From the NCBI GenBank assembly GCA_964461525.1, contig CAYWUX010000004.1, positions 156,870-220,869 on the forward strand: a stretch of 64,000 nucleotides of DNA, read 5' to 3'. This document shows positions 19,201 through 28,884 of this stretch, one piece after another (the stretch's first letter is position 1; each line of letters starts with the position of its first letter). Made by a program: the position numbers and the translations under genes. The notes below the pieces were generated by a model, which was not told the DNA's origin, made no database searches, and worked only from the letters and a program-made list of their open reading frames with translations. This stretch comes from an uncultured Hyphomicrobiaceae bacterium. Lineage in GTDB: Bacteria > Pseudomonadota > Alphaproteobacteria > Rhizobiales > CAYWUX01.

Positions 19201-20256
19201 ATGGATCAGGTTTTTAGAGTCGTTCAGACACAGGCACAATTTCTCTTTATTCGAATAAACCACTGGTGTCCTTTTATTAACGCAGAGAAACTTTTGGTTG
19301 TTCTATTCGTTTTTTGGGTATTAAACCTGGATATTGTTTCGGCAAGGCAAAGTTTTGATGGATTTCAATCCGACAAAAAAGCTGATCGCTCTTTGACAAA
19401 CAGGCAGAGAACAATTGCGAATGACCAAATCCGGTTGCCAAAGCAACTCGCGCAATTTGATGGCTGGGAAGGTAACAGACCCATATTCCGTAACCGCAGA
19501 CAACCGCACTCGTCGGGTGCTCAGCCAGGGAAACTCGATCCCATTTACCCTCGAAACTTCCGTCAAAATCACGACGGGTCGAGTTTTTGGGATTATCACC
19601 CACGGCCGAAGCCCTATTATGGCGGGAGCTATCGGACGATGTGCGTGCGATTTTGTGATGGTTATTACTGGCCAATCAGTTTTTCAACCGATCCCAGCCA
19701 ATTCTTGAACGATGAAGCCGTGTGCCAATCAAGCTGCAACTCTCCTGTAGGTCTGTTTTACTATCGAAATCCCGGGGCCGGTATCGACGACATGGAAAGT
19801 CTGGATGGATTGGCCTATCGGCGGTTGATAAATGCCTATCTTTACCGGAAAAATTTTTTACCGGAGTGCCGGTGCCGTCCGGAGCCATGGACCGAGGTTG
19901 CGAAGGCGCAGCATGAATTTTACAGAACGGGCAGAAAATCTCAGAAACATGCGGGCAATGCGCCGGAATATATCGGCCGCCGGTCAAATAACTTTCCAGG
20001 GAATGTTGACCGAGATGCCTCGGAGGCCGAGATCGACACGATCAGAGAAAGATGGAGAATTCGAGAACAGTCAAGGTCCAACCGAAGTTTCAAAATCATT
20101 ACAATCGATCCTCGGGCAGAGAAGGAAGCTGATGACAATGACACTTTTTTCGACAGAATGAGCAAATATTATCGTGGCCGTCAACGGAACTATCGGACCT
20201 TTCGATATCTTTTTCCGGACCAGCGCAGAATGGATACGATCAGATCAGCAAACTGA
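19201..20256 (+). CDS. DUF2865-domain protein
   Basis: YRTMCVRFCDGYYWPISFS...CQSSC...LFYYRNPG...CRC matches the Cys-rich DUF2865 pattern of Alphaproteobacteria. The start is uncertain (the ORF is open from 19174). Confidence 0.65.
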   Translation: MDQVFRVVQTQAQFLFIRINHWCPFINAEKLLVVLFVFWVLNLDIVSARQSFDGFQSDKKADRSLTNRQRTIANDQIRLPKQLAQFDGWEGNRPIFRNRRQPHSSGAQPGKLDPIYPRNFRQNHDGSSFWDYHPRPKPYYGGSYRTMCVRFCDGYYWPISFSTDPSQFLNDEAVCQSSCNSPVGLFYYRNPGAGIDDMESLDGLAYRRLINAYLYRKNFLPECRCRPEPWTEVAKAQHEFYRTGRKSQKHAGNAPEYIGRRSNNFPGNVDRDASEAEIDTIRERWRIREQSRSNRSFKIITIDPRAEKEADDNDTFFDRMSKYYRGRQRNYRTFRYLFPDQRRMDTIRSAN

Positions 20257-20509
20257 GCGCTGGATAAAAACAATCACCGCCACTTGTTGAACAAACTTAA
20301 TAGCCAGCCCGGTTATGAAAAATTCTCTTCCTTTCTGCTCTTATGGTGGATTTCGCAGCTCATCCACTGACCTCGCTTAAATTTTTGAATTTAAAAATAT
20401 TTGTAATTAAACCGTGACAGTCTGTTTTTGACTTCGGAACTGGATCTGCCAATATCCCTGTGCCAGTTCCACGTGCAGCAGGCAATCTAATCCAGAATAA
20501 AAAGGCAAA

Positions 20510-20992
20510 GTGATTTTGAAAAAGCTATCGGTCCTGTTTGTCTGTCTGGGCAATATCTGTCGCTCGCCCATGGCTGAAGGAACGTTTCGGCAAATGGTAG
20601 AAAACGCCGGTGCCGGGGGAAGAATAACAATTGATTCCGCGGGAACAGGCAATTGGCATGTTGGCATGCCACCGGATCAACGCGCACAAAATGCACTAAT
20701 GCACCGAGGAAGAGATGTTTCGAATACGCGTGCCCGCCAGATTGAATTAAGGGATTTCGTTGTGTTTGATCTGATACTTGCTATGGATCAGGATAACTTT
20801 ATCAAGTTGAAGGCTTTGTCGCCAATCGATCAACATAAGAAAATTCACATATTCCGCAGATTTGCGAACTCCTTTGAAAGTAATGATATTCCGGACCCTT
20901 ACTATGGAACGAGTGACGACTTTGAAGTGGTTCTGGATATGATTGAGTCCGCAAGCCTCGGTCTATTGGATCATTGTCTGTCCAGGCTCTAA
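20510..20992 (+). CDS. Low-molecular-weight protein-tyrosine phosphatase
   Basis: C-X5-R-S active site VCLGNICRSPMAEG and the DPYY loop; GTG start. Confidence 0.85.
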   Translation: MILKKLSVLFVCLGNICRSPMAEGTFRQMVENAGAGGRITIDSAGTGNWHVGMPPDQRAQNALMHRGRDVSNTRARQIELRDFVVFDLILAMDQDNFIKLKALSPIDQHKKIHIFRRFANSFESNDIPDPYYGTSDDFEVVLDMIESASLGLLDHCLSRL

Positions 20993-21045
20993 TTGAAGTT
21001 ATTTTCGTATTGTTGACATGGAATCAGCTTGAAATTTTGGTTGTT

Positions 21046-21585
21046 TTAACCGGTCAGGGGATAGCTTTGTTCGACGATATAAGGACCACCCCCCCTGCCC
21101 GGACGCGAAGAAAACAATACAAATCTTTCGACTTCAAACGGCCGGGCTGAGAAACCACTGCTAAGGTCCAGGTATCGTGCAACCTGTTGAGGACTTGTAT
21201 GACCTTTCAAACGCCCCAGGGTCACATGAGGTTTGAATTTTCGACTATCACGAGGAAGACCTGTGGCCGCGATCTGGTTTTCCTGGGACAACTGAAGTGA
21301 TTTCAGATCGGCGCTTGGTTCCATGTCAACCCAGACGGCGCGCGGTTTCCGGCCACCAAAACTGCCGACGCTGGAAAGGCTTATGGTAAAAGGCCGGCCC
21401 CGGACTGACCTCAGCGCCGCTAATACGTCCCGATAGGTCTGATCATCGACATCGCCGATAAACCTGAGTGTGATGTGTAAATTTTCCAGTTCGATCCATC
21501 GCGCCCCCGGGAGTCCCCCATACAATTTTGAGATCTGAGTCTTTATATCTGCGGGAATTTCGATGCCGGTAAATAGGCGTGGCAT
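21046..21585 (-). CDS. thpR: RNA 2',3'-cyclic phosphodiesterase (2H phosphoesterase, ThpR/LigT-like)
   Basis: Two H-x-T-x motifs: HITLRF and HVTLGR; 179 aa. Confidence 0.85.
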   Translation of the reverse strand: MPRLFTGIEIPADIKTQISKLYGGLPGARWIELENLHITLRFIGDVDDQTYRDVLAALRSVRGRPFTISLSSVGSFGGRKPRAVWVDMEPSADLKSLQLSQENQIAATGLPRDSRKFKPHVTLGRLKGHTSPQQVARYLDLSSGFSARPFEVERFVLFSSRPGRGGGPYIVEQSYPLTG

Positions 21586-21729
21586 AAACCGATTACCTGA
21601 GATTATTGAGTAACTAGGCTACCCCGGATTTGCAATGTGGTTAAAAGTAACTGGACTTTGTAAGAATCTGCAAGACCCAAATGTCGTCAGATACAAATAT
21701 TTAACAGCTTACGAGGTGTAGGCTTAACA

Positions 21730-22425
21730 TCAGCTTCGTTCTTTGGAAGCCTTATTTCGTTTTTTATAAACCCGTTCAATCAACTCTTCTACCTTGGGCA
21801 GAATATTTTTAACAATTATCGCGACACCCTGTTTGTTCGGGTGCAGACCGTCAGATAGGCTGAGTTCAGGCCTGAGAGCGACGCCTTCAAGGAAAAAGGG
21901 ATACAGCAGAAGATCGTATTGTTTGGCGATTGACGGAAATATATCGTTGTATGAATCAACATAGTCGGTTCCATAACTACTTGGGGCCAGCATTCCGGCT
22001 ATCAGAATCTCAGCCTTTCTGGCTTTGAGTTTCTGAACGATTTCTTGCAGAGCATTTTTTGTTACTGCCGGGCTGAGTCCCCGGAGTGCATCATTGGCAC
22101 CGAGTTCCAGTATTACGGCGTCCAATTTATCGGGTAGTGACCACTCCAGCCGTTCAAGACCCGCCGCTGCCGTATCTCCCGAAACTCCCGAATTCATGAC
22201 AACTACATTGTATCCTTTTGCCCGGAGCGCTGCTTCGAGCTGGACCGGGAATGCATGATTTCTCGGCAGTCTGTATCCGGCCGTCAGGCTGTCGCCCAGC
22301 GCTACAACTCTGACCACGTCCTTGTTGTCAGATGGCGGATCAAGGGCCATAATTATTGAAGCCGGAGCCGAAATTATCATAAGAGCTGAGAAGGTCAGTG
22401 AGTAAATTATTCCGTTAAATCGCAT
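21730..22425 (-). CDS. SGNH/GDSL arylesterase-lysophospholipase (TesA-like), secreted
   Basis: Block I ALGDSLTAGY, block III GANDA, block V DGLHPN, with a signal-like N-terminus. It is divergent from the ybbA/ybbP-like genes. Confidence 0.85.
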   Translation of the reverse strand: MRFNGIIYSLTFSALMIISAPASIIMALDPPSDNKDVVRVVALGDSLTAGYRLPRNHAFPVQLEAALRAKGYNVVVMNSGVSGDTAAAGLERLEWSLPDKLDAVILELGANDALRGLSPAVTKNALQEIVQKLKARKAEILIAGMLAPSSYGTDYVDSYNDIFPSIAKQYDLLLYPFFLEGVALRPELSLSDGLHPNKQGVAIIVKNILPKVEELIERVYKKRNKASKERS

Positions 22426-22666
22426 CTTGTTTCCAGGAATCCCAAGTTTCTAATTTCGAATCGAATTAGACTTTTGAATAAAATTTTGATGTTTTTAGGG
22501 TTGGAATTTGTATTGAAATCATTAGTTAATCTTAAGCTAGCCTGAATTATATATGTCATCAGAGTAAAATAAAAAATATCGTCTTCAAAGAGTTAACTCA
22601 TTATCAGTGGCGTTGACATCGAATATTTACATTTATGATCTCGGCGTCAGAAAGCAATTATCAGGA

Positions 22667-23401
22667 ATGAAAGATAATCCTTCTCCAATTAAATTGTGCA
22701 CAGCTGAAAAAGTCGTGCATCTGAGAGATGTCCGATTATCTCTTTTAAGCAGAGCGGGGACGGTGGATATTCTTAACGGTATCGATCTTGACATAAAATC
22801 GGGTGAAGCGGTTGGTATAGTCGGTCCCAGCGGTTCAGGAAAAACAACCCTGCTGATGGTGATGAGCGGTCTGGAGAGAATAAATTCCGGCAAGATCAGC
22901 ATCGCCGGACAAAATTTTTCGAATCTCAATGAAGACGATCTGGCGCGGATCCGAGGCCGGAATATTGGAATTGTATTTCAGTCTTTCCATCTTGTACCAA
23001 CTATGACGGCGATAGAAAATGTCGCGTTAACCCTGGAATTTCTCGGTCAATCCGATGCCTTTGAAATTGCAGAACAGGCTCTGTCGGATGTGGGTCTTTC
23101 TCATCGGTTCGATCATTTTCCGGCCCAGCTGTCGGGTGGTGAACAGCAAAGAGTCGCATTGGCCCGCGCAATTGCGCCCCGGCCGAGATTGCTGTTAGCG
23201 GATGAACCCACCGGAAATCTTGACGGCTCCACAAGTTCGCAGATTTTGGATCTTATTTTTGACCTTCAGGCGCGCCACGGTGCGACCTTGATTCTCGTTA
23301 CTCACGATCCATCCCTGGCAGACCGGTGCCAGCGGCTCATTGAAATGAATGATGGCCGCATCACCAGGGACACACTGGCAGTCGGGGCTGCACTGCCGTG
23401 A
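22667..23401 (+). CDS. ABC transporter ATP-binding protein (YbbA/LolD-like)
   Basis: Walker [10 protein letters not shown], signature [13 protein letters not shown], Walker [16 protein letters not shown] at 22667 preferred. Confidence 0.88.
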   Translation: MKDNPSPIKLCTAEKVVHLRDVRLSLLSRAGTVDILNGIDLDIKSGEAVGIVGPSGSGKTTLLMVMSGLERINSGKISIAGQNFSNLNEDDLARIRGRNIGIVFQSFHLVPTMTAIENVALTLEFLGQSDAFEIAEQALSDVGLSHRFDHFPAQLSGGEQQRVALARAIAPRPRLLLADEPTGNLDGSTSSQILDLIFDLQARHGATLILVTHDPSLADRCQRLIEMNDGRITRDTLAVGAALP

Positions 23402-26028
23402 CTATAAGTCCACAACAACCCTTGGATCCTGAAACCAGTCCATTGCCGGCTGAAAATCTCGACAATAAGCAGGTCAGGCTTGGTATTACGCAATTGTCGC
23501 TGGCGTTCAGACTTTCCTTAAGGGAACTTAGAGGCGGAATTAGAGGTTTTTATATTTTCGTTGCCTGTGTTGCCCTTGGTGTTGCCGCCATTGGCGGGGT
23601 AGGCTCAATGGCCGGTGCCTTAAAGAACGGTATCGCCATTGAAGGCCAGAACATCCTTGGGGGTGATATTTCCGCGAGATTGATCCACCGACCGGCAACA
23701 GCCGAAGAGCGTAAATTTCTGGAACAGTACGGAGAGGTGAGTGAGATAGCCACGATGCGCGCAATGGCCAGCGCGCCGAATGGTTCGGGTAATTCGCTCG
23801 TTGAACTCAAGGCTGTTGACAATTTTTATCCACTTTATGGAAATGTCGTCGTTGCTGACGGTAAAAGCCTGCAAAGTACAATACGAGAACGACCGGGAGC
23901 TTTGGTGGAACCCCTTTTGCTGGAACGCCTTAGCCTGACTGTCGGAGACAAAATCAAAATCGGAAATGATGAGCTGACGATAGCCGGCTTGATCCAAAAA
24001 GAGCCGGACCGACTGTCGGGTCGCTCTAGTTTCGGCCCTCGTGTCCTGATTTCCCTCCCTACGCTAAAATCTTCCGGCCTGGTACAACCTGGCAGTTTGA
24101 TAAGATGGCGCTATCGCATAAAATTACCGCAAGAGAACTCGTTTCATCCGAAAAAGCTCGCGGCCATTCGTGAAGAGATTAAGATCTCGCAATCAGAATC
24201 CGGATTTACACTACGCGATCGCACGAATCCTTCTCCTGGTATCAATCGGGCCATTGACCGCCTTGCACAATTTCTGACGCTGGTCGGGCTTACCGCCCTG
24301 CTGGTCGGCGGTGTCGGAATAGCAAATGCCGTTGCGAGCTTTATCGAACGGAAGCGTAACACGATTGCTACTTTCAAATGTCTGGGGGCTCCCAACAGTC
24401 TTGTTTATGAGACCTATATGATCCAGGTTCTTATTCTGGCAGGCACAGGAATTGTTGCAGGACTGATGCTTGCGACTTTGGCTCCTTTCCTGCTGACATA
24501 TATTTTTCGTGATCTGCTGCCGTTTGAAATAGCGGTACAAATTCAGCCTTTGGCGCTGACGTTAGCGGCGGTCTATGGTTTTCTCGTGGCATTGCTTTTC
24601 GTTGTTTGGCCGCTTGGTCGCGCACGGGATGTAAAACCTATGGTACTGATGCGGGATGAAATTTCCGAGGAGTCAAAACGACCTCATTTGATCGATATCG
24701 TGCTGACAGGGGTCCTGGCTCTTATTGTTGCAGCCATCGCCGTACTCACATCCGATTCCCGCATGATCGCCATATATTTCTGCGCCGGACTACCCACGTT
24801 GTTTGCGTTGTTTCTTGGCTATAGTGCAATTTTGAAACGCTTATTTAAACGCCTTCCAAAACCCAGCAAACCCGAACTCAAACTGGCCCTGGCAAATCTT
24901 AGTGGACCTGGTGCCTTGACACGATCTGTTGTGCTTTCGTTGGGTGCCGGTCTTAGCCTATTGATCGCGGTTGGCCTGGTTGACCGTTCCTTGATGTCGG
25001 AGATGGAAAATAGTCTTCCTGAAAATGCCCCCGACTATTTTGTCCTAAATATTGGAAAGTCAGAATGGAGCTCCTTTGTAAGCATTCTTGAGGACAATCT
25101 GGCGGGCACCAGGGTATTCCATGCACCGATGCTCAGAGGCCGCATTGTAAGTTTGAACAAACAGCCCTCTGAAAAGATTAAGGCACCACCGAATGTAGGA
25201 TGGGTTTTGAATGGCGACAGAGGACTGACATATGCCGAAAGTCTGCCTGCGGGCTCCGTAATCACCGAAGGAAAATGGTGGCCAAAAGACTACTCGGGTG
25301 AATATCTTGTTTCTTTCGAAGATGAAATTGCCCGAGGGTTGGGTCTGAAAATCGGAGATACCGTCACGGTGAACGTGCTAGGGCGAAACATCTCTGCCCG
25401 TATCGCAAACTTCCGGACTGTGGAATGGGAGTCCCTGTCGATAAACTTCGTCATGGTTTTTTCACCGAATACCTTAAAAGCTGCACCGGCCCGTCTGCTG
25501 GCCACTTTGAAATTACCGGATTCGACGAATCTTGCGGCTGAAGGTTCGATAATCCAGAAATTAACTCAGACTTTTCCCAACATAACAACAATTCGGATAC
25601 AGGATGCGATTGATGCTTTCATAGGCATATTCGCGAAAGTCATGGTGGCTGTTAGAGCTGCCGGAAGCCTGACTTTGGTGGCGGGTGTGCTGGTTTTGGC
25701 CGGTGCTTTGGCAACCGCCCGGCGTAAAAGAATTTATGAAGCCGTAATTCTAAAGACGCTCGGTGCGGTACGTCGCCGAATTATACTGATTCATCTGTTT
25801 GAATATCTGCTGCTGGCTCTCACCACGTCATTGCTGGCCGTTGTGTTGGGAAGCCTGTCCGCATGGCTGATCGTCACACAGCTAATGGAACTGCCTTTCA
25901 GGTTTTCACTGCTGGCAATTATCGAAGCAATTCTGTTAACGCTTGTTCTTGTTTTGTTCCTAGGTGCGGTGGGTTCCTGGAATGTTCTGGGTAGGCCGAC
26001 TACGACCAGTTTAAGGAATCGGTACTAG
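23398..26028 (+). CDS. FtsX-family ABC transporter permease (YbbP-like, duplicated FtsX domains)
   Basis: 876 aa with two blocks of 4 TM segments separated by large loops. It overlaps the upstream ATPase stop by 4 nt (GTGA). Confidence 0.85.
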   Translation: MTISPQQPLDPETSPLPAENLDNKQVRLGITQLSLAFRLSLRELRGGIRGFYIFVACVALGVAAIGGVGSMAGALKNGIAIEGQNILGGDISARLIHRPATAEERKFLEQYGEVSEIATMRAMASAPNGSGNSLVELKAVDNFYPLYGNVVVADGKSLQSTIRERPGALVEPLLLERLSLTVGDKIKIGNDELTIAGLIQKEPDRLSGRSSFGPRVLISLPTLKSSGLVQPGSLIRWRYRIKLPQENSFHPKKLAAIREEIKISQSESGFTLRDRTNPSPGINRAIDRLAQFLTLVGLTALLVGGVGIANAVASFIERKRNTIATFKCLGAPNSLVYETYMIQVLILAGTGIVAGLMLATLAPFLLTYIFRDLLPFEIAVQIQPLALTLAAVYGFLVALLFVVWPLGRARDVKPMVLMRDEISEESKRPHLIDIVLTGVLALIVAAIAVLTSDSRMIAIYFCAGLPTLFALFLGYSAILKRLFKRLPKPSKPELKLALANLSGPGALTRSVVLSLGAGLSLLIAVGLVDRSLMSEMENSLPENAPDYFVLNIGKSEWSSFVSILEDNLAGTRVFHAPMLRGRIVSLNKQPSEKIKAPPNVGWVLNGDRGLTYAESLPAGSVITEGKWWPKDYSGEYLVSFEDEIARGLGLKIGDTVTVNVLGRNISARIANFRTVEWESLSINFVMVFSPNTLKAAPARLLATLKLPDSTNLAAEGSIIQKLTQTFPNITTIRIQDAIDAFIGIFAKVMVAVRAAGSLTLVAGVLVLAGALATARRKRIYEAVILKTLGAVRRRIILIHLFEYLLLALTTSLLAVVLGSLSAWLIVTQLMELPFRFSLLAIIEAILLTLVLVLFLGAVGSWNVLGRPTTTSLRNRY

Positions 26029-26264
26029 AATTTGATAATTGGCGGTTAATTGTCCGTTAATAACGGTCTGGCCAAAATCTTAGCTTTACTGTACTTTGCC
26101 TGACTACTGGAACAGATGTTCAAGAGTTCGGGTTTTTGATGGGAACCAAGCGAAATATTGCTGGATTCTTTTGAAAAACCTTGCAAATTGGGCATTGAGG
26201 TCCCATATCTGAAACGATGTTGAATTCAGATTTCGAGGGTCATAGTTTAAGAGGACATTGCTAA

Positions 26265-26996
26265 ATGGCAGACTACGACAATCAGGGTATTTATCGCACC
26301 CGAACTGGTGCAGCCGCTCATGCAATTGATGAGGGGTTACGCGCCTATATGATTCAGGTTTACAACTACATGGCTGCCGGTGTGGCCATTACAGGTGTGG
26401 TCGCATATGCTACCTACATGGCCGCAGCGTCGAGTCCCGCATTCGCCCAACTGATTTATGCCAGCCCGTTGAAATGGGTAATTATTCTTGCGCCATTGGG
26501 AATGGTATTTTTCCTGTCGGCCAAGTTACATAGTATGAGTGTTTCCGGTGCACAGCTGGCTTTCTGGATCTTTGCCGGATTGATGGGGCTGTCCCTATCG
26601 TCAATTTTTCTGGTTTATACCGGTCAAAGCATAACGCAGGTGTTCTTCATTTCCGCAGCTGCTTTTGGTGGTCTCAGCCTTTATGGATATACCACCAAAA
26701 AAGACCTGAGCGGTTGGGGTTCATTCCTCATTATGGGCCTGATCGGCATTATCATTGCTTCACTGGTCAACCTGTTCCTCGCGTCTTCTGCACTTCAGTT
26801 TGCTGTTTCAGTCATTGGTGTCCTGGTTTTTGCCGGGCTGACCGCCTATGACACACAGCAGATTAAAGAGATGTACTATGAGGGTGACAGCACAGCTGTT
26901 GCAGGAAGAAAAGCCATTGGGGGCGCACTCCGGCTCTATCTTGACTTCATCAACCTGTTTATGATGCTGCTGTCGTTGTTTGGATCACGAGAATAA
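26265..26996 (+). CDS. Bax inhibitor-1/YccA-family membrane protein
   Basis: 243 aa with 7 TM-like segments. N-terminal GLRAYMIQVYNYM and a C-terminal charged tail are typical of BI-1/YccA. Confidence 0.88.
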   Translation: MADYDNQGIYRTRTGAAAHAIDEGLRAYMIQVYNYMAAGVAITGVVAYATYMAAASSPAFAQLIYASPLKWVIILAPLGMVFFLSAKLHSMSVSGAQLAFWIFAGLMGLSLSSIFLVYTGQSITQVFFISAAAFGGLSLYGYTTKKDLSGWGSFLIMGLIGIIIASLVNLFLASSALQFAVSVIGVLVFAGLTAYDTQQIKEMYYEGDSTAVAGRKAIGGALRLYLDFINLFMMLLSLFGSRE

Positions 26997-27033
26997 AATC
27001 TGGAATTTACGCTCTTAATTTCCAAGGTGTCGA

Positions 27034-27066
27034 AGAGCCTGCCAAATCCGGCAGGCTCTTTTTTAT
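27034..27066 (+). terminator. Rho-independent terminator after the BI-1 family gene
   Basis: Perfect 10-bp stem AGAGCCTGCC / GGCAGGCTCT with a 6-nt loop, followed by TTTTTTAT. Confidence 0.7.
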
Positions 27067-27162
27067 CGCCAAACGATTGACAGGATACTAATATTTCCCA
27101 TTGCAGCTGTGAAATCCGGCAATGCTGTGAGGAAAACTGGGGCCGACTCTTAAAAAATAGAG

Positions 27163-27708
27163 ATGGAAATTGACAACAAATCTTCTGCCATATCAGTTCG
27201 TGCAGCCGAACCCGATGATCTTGTGCAGATTACCGAAATTTACCGGGCGGCTGTGCTGACGGGGACCGGGAGCTTTGAAATCGATCCACCGGATGTGCGG
27301 GAAATGCAGCGAAGGAAAGAAGAAATCATTGCGCAAAACGGATTTTGGTTTGTTGCGGAATTTAGCGGTGGCGAAAGTAGGGGAATTGCTGGTTTTGCCT
27401 ATGCAGCACCCTTCCGTCATCGTGCTGCATATCGCTATGTCCTGGAGAATTCCGTCTACGTCTCCGGGGGATTTCAAAGAAGAGGAATTGGGAGGCTTTT
27501 GTTGCAACGTTTAATTGACGAAGCGCAGTCGAAATCATACCGACATATGATTGCTGTCATCGGTGATTCGGATAATACCGGTTCGATCGGGCTTCATCGG
27601 GCGCTGGGATTCGAGCATGCAGGTATCTTGAGTGAAATTGGTTACAAGCACGATCGATGGCTGGATGTCATTTACATGCAGAAAAAGCTCGGTCAGGAGC
27701 CATCTTAA
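27163..27708 (+). CDS. GNAT-family N-acetyltransferase (phosphinothricin acetyltransferase-like)
   Basis: Acetyl-CoA motif RRGIGRLLL. Overall length and pattern match PAT-type GNATs. Confidence 0.8.
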   Translation: MEIDNKSSAISVRAAEPDDLVQITEIYRAAVLTGTGSFEIDPPDVREMQRRKEEIIAQNGFWFVAEFSGGESRGIAGFAYAAPFRHRAAYRYVLENSVYVSGGFQRRGIGRLLLQRLIDEAQSKSYRHMIAVIGDSDNTGSIGLHRALGFEHAGILSEIGYKHDRWLDVIYMQKKLGQEPS

Positions 27709-27749
27709 CCGCTGACGGGCCCAGACACAGACAGAACAACCGGTGTCCG

Positions 27750-28067
27750 TCAGTATTTGACCAGTCTTATTTTCCGATCGAGAACTCTGAGCACTTTTTT
27801 CAGGTCATGGCCTCTCTTCAGGATCAGCCCGGTCGCGCTAATTATACTATACATGCCCTGTTTGCACGCCAGCTTGGGATTTTTTTCTATTCGATAAAGT
27901 GGAGTTTCACTGGCGCGTCTGAATATAGAAAATACGGCCCGATCCCGTTGCATATCAATGGCGTAATCCCGCCAGTCACCAGAGGATACGTTGCGGCCGT
28001 ATATTTTTAGAATTTCGAAAAACTCTTTACGGTCAAATGTTGTTGAGACCGCTTTTTTTGTTTTCAT
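27750..28067 (-). CDS. DUF2794-family protein
   Basis: FDRKEFFEILKIYGRNVSSGDWRDYAID...AVFSIFRRASETPLYRIEK...ILKRGHDL matches the alphaproteobacterial DUF2794 pattern. Start set at the internal MKTKK. Confidence 0.65.
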   Translation of the reverse strand: MKTKKAVSTTFDRKEFFEILKIYGRNVSSGDWRDYAIDMQRDRAVFSIFRRASETPLYRIEKNPKLACKQGMYSIISATGLILKRGHDLKKVLRVLDRKIRLVKY

Positions 28068-28752
28068 TCCTACGTTGCTATAGATCTGTCCTGCTGATCC
28101 GGGCAAAGATCCAGCAGGAAAGAGCTGTATGGGCTCGAGTTCACTCAATAGCGCCTCCTTCATCTGTTGGTCATAGATCTATGATTGCCAGCTTGGCCGT
28201 AGAATTCAAGGGGTTCTCTGTAAATTTTTTTAAAGGTTGTCGGTTTAGCAGGGGATGATAATCGAATATTTGAAATATTGTTATTCGTTGTTGGTCTTAT
28301 TCAGACTCTCGGAACCATCTAGCGAATCAACCGGTATGGATCGGCTCAGCAGCTTTTTCCGTTAGAAAAAAATATTTAATAAATTACGGCTCTTTATTAT
28401 TTTATTCGTAACCACGTTAAACGCGGATTACACCCGCCAGTGCGCGCAAATTCTATACAGATGCGAGGTTGCGGCCAAGGCAATTTTCAATTTAATCCAT
28501 ATAAACCAATACATTAGCAACCATCAACATTAGCAATCAAAAGTATGAAACAAGCTGATATCAAAATCACAGTATGGTCAAGAATCAGCCCTTGGAGCGC
28601 CCGAATGAACGTTAGACTATTAGCAGTTGCCTCTTCGGCCCGGTCCCATTTAGGCCTCGGATTTCTCAGCCCCCCAGCCCCCCCCGGGGTCTAGTCAGCG
28701 GACCGGGCCATCTCATTCGCAATATACATTTTGTCTTATCCCCAATAAGTTG

Positions 28753-28780
28753 CCGGAAATATTTTCCGGGTCCATTTTTT
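28753..28780 (+). terminator. Terminator-like hairpin plus T6 run in the htpG upstream region
   Basis: CCGGAAA-TAT-TTTCCGG (7-bp stem) at 28753-28769, then GTCCA and TTTTTT at 28775-28780. No annotated ORF precedes it. Confidence 0.35.
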
Positions 28781-28792
28781 ATGGGCGAACCT

Positions 28793-28822
28793 CTTGATTT
28801 TGAAGGGTGATCAATCTTATCT
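28793..28822 (+). promoter_or_regulatory. Possible sigma-32 (RpoH)-type promoter of htpG
   Basis: CTTGA at 28793-28797 and CTTATCT at 28816-28822, resembling CTTG-N17-19-CYTATNT heat-shock promoters, about 60 nt upstream of the htpG ATG. Not verified. Confidence 0.3.
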
Positions 28823-28884
28823 CTCGATCGAACGATCGAATCAGAAATAATGTTAATTGACAGCGAAATTCAAGGATTTTGAGA

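Noticed and set aside
21730-26028. TesA-like esterase divergent from an ABC ATPase and an FtsX-type permease, considered as a possible novel system.
   Set aside because: This is the well-known tesA / ybbA-ybbP arrangement conserved across proteobacteria. A 7-bp inverted repeat in the promoter region (22449-22470) was noted, but it is too short to interpret.
28380-28720. Tested the idea that the htpG upstream region encodes the permuted alphaproteobacterial tmRNA, SRP RNA or a tRNA.
   Set aside because: No T-loop GGTTCGA-type sequence, no tag-like reading frame ending in (L/V)AA, and no SRP domain-IV-like motif could be found by eye. It remains only an unspecified sRNA candidate.
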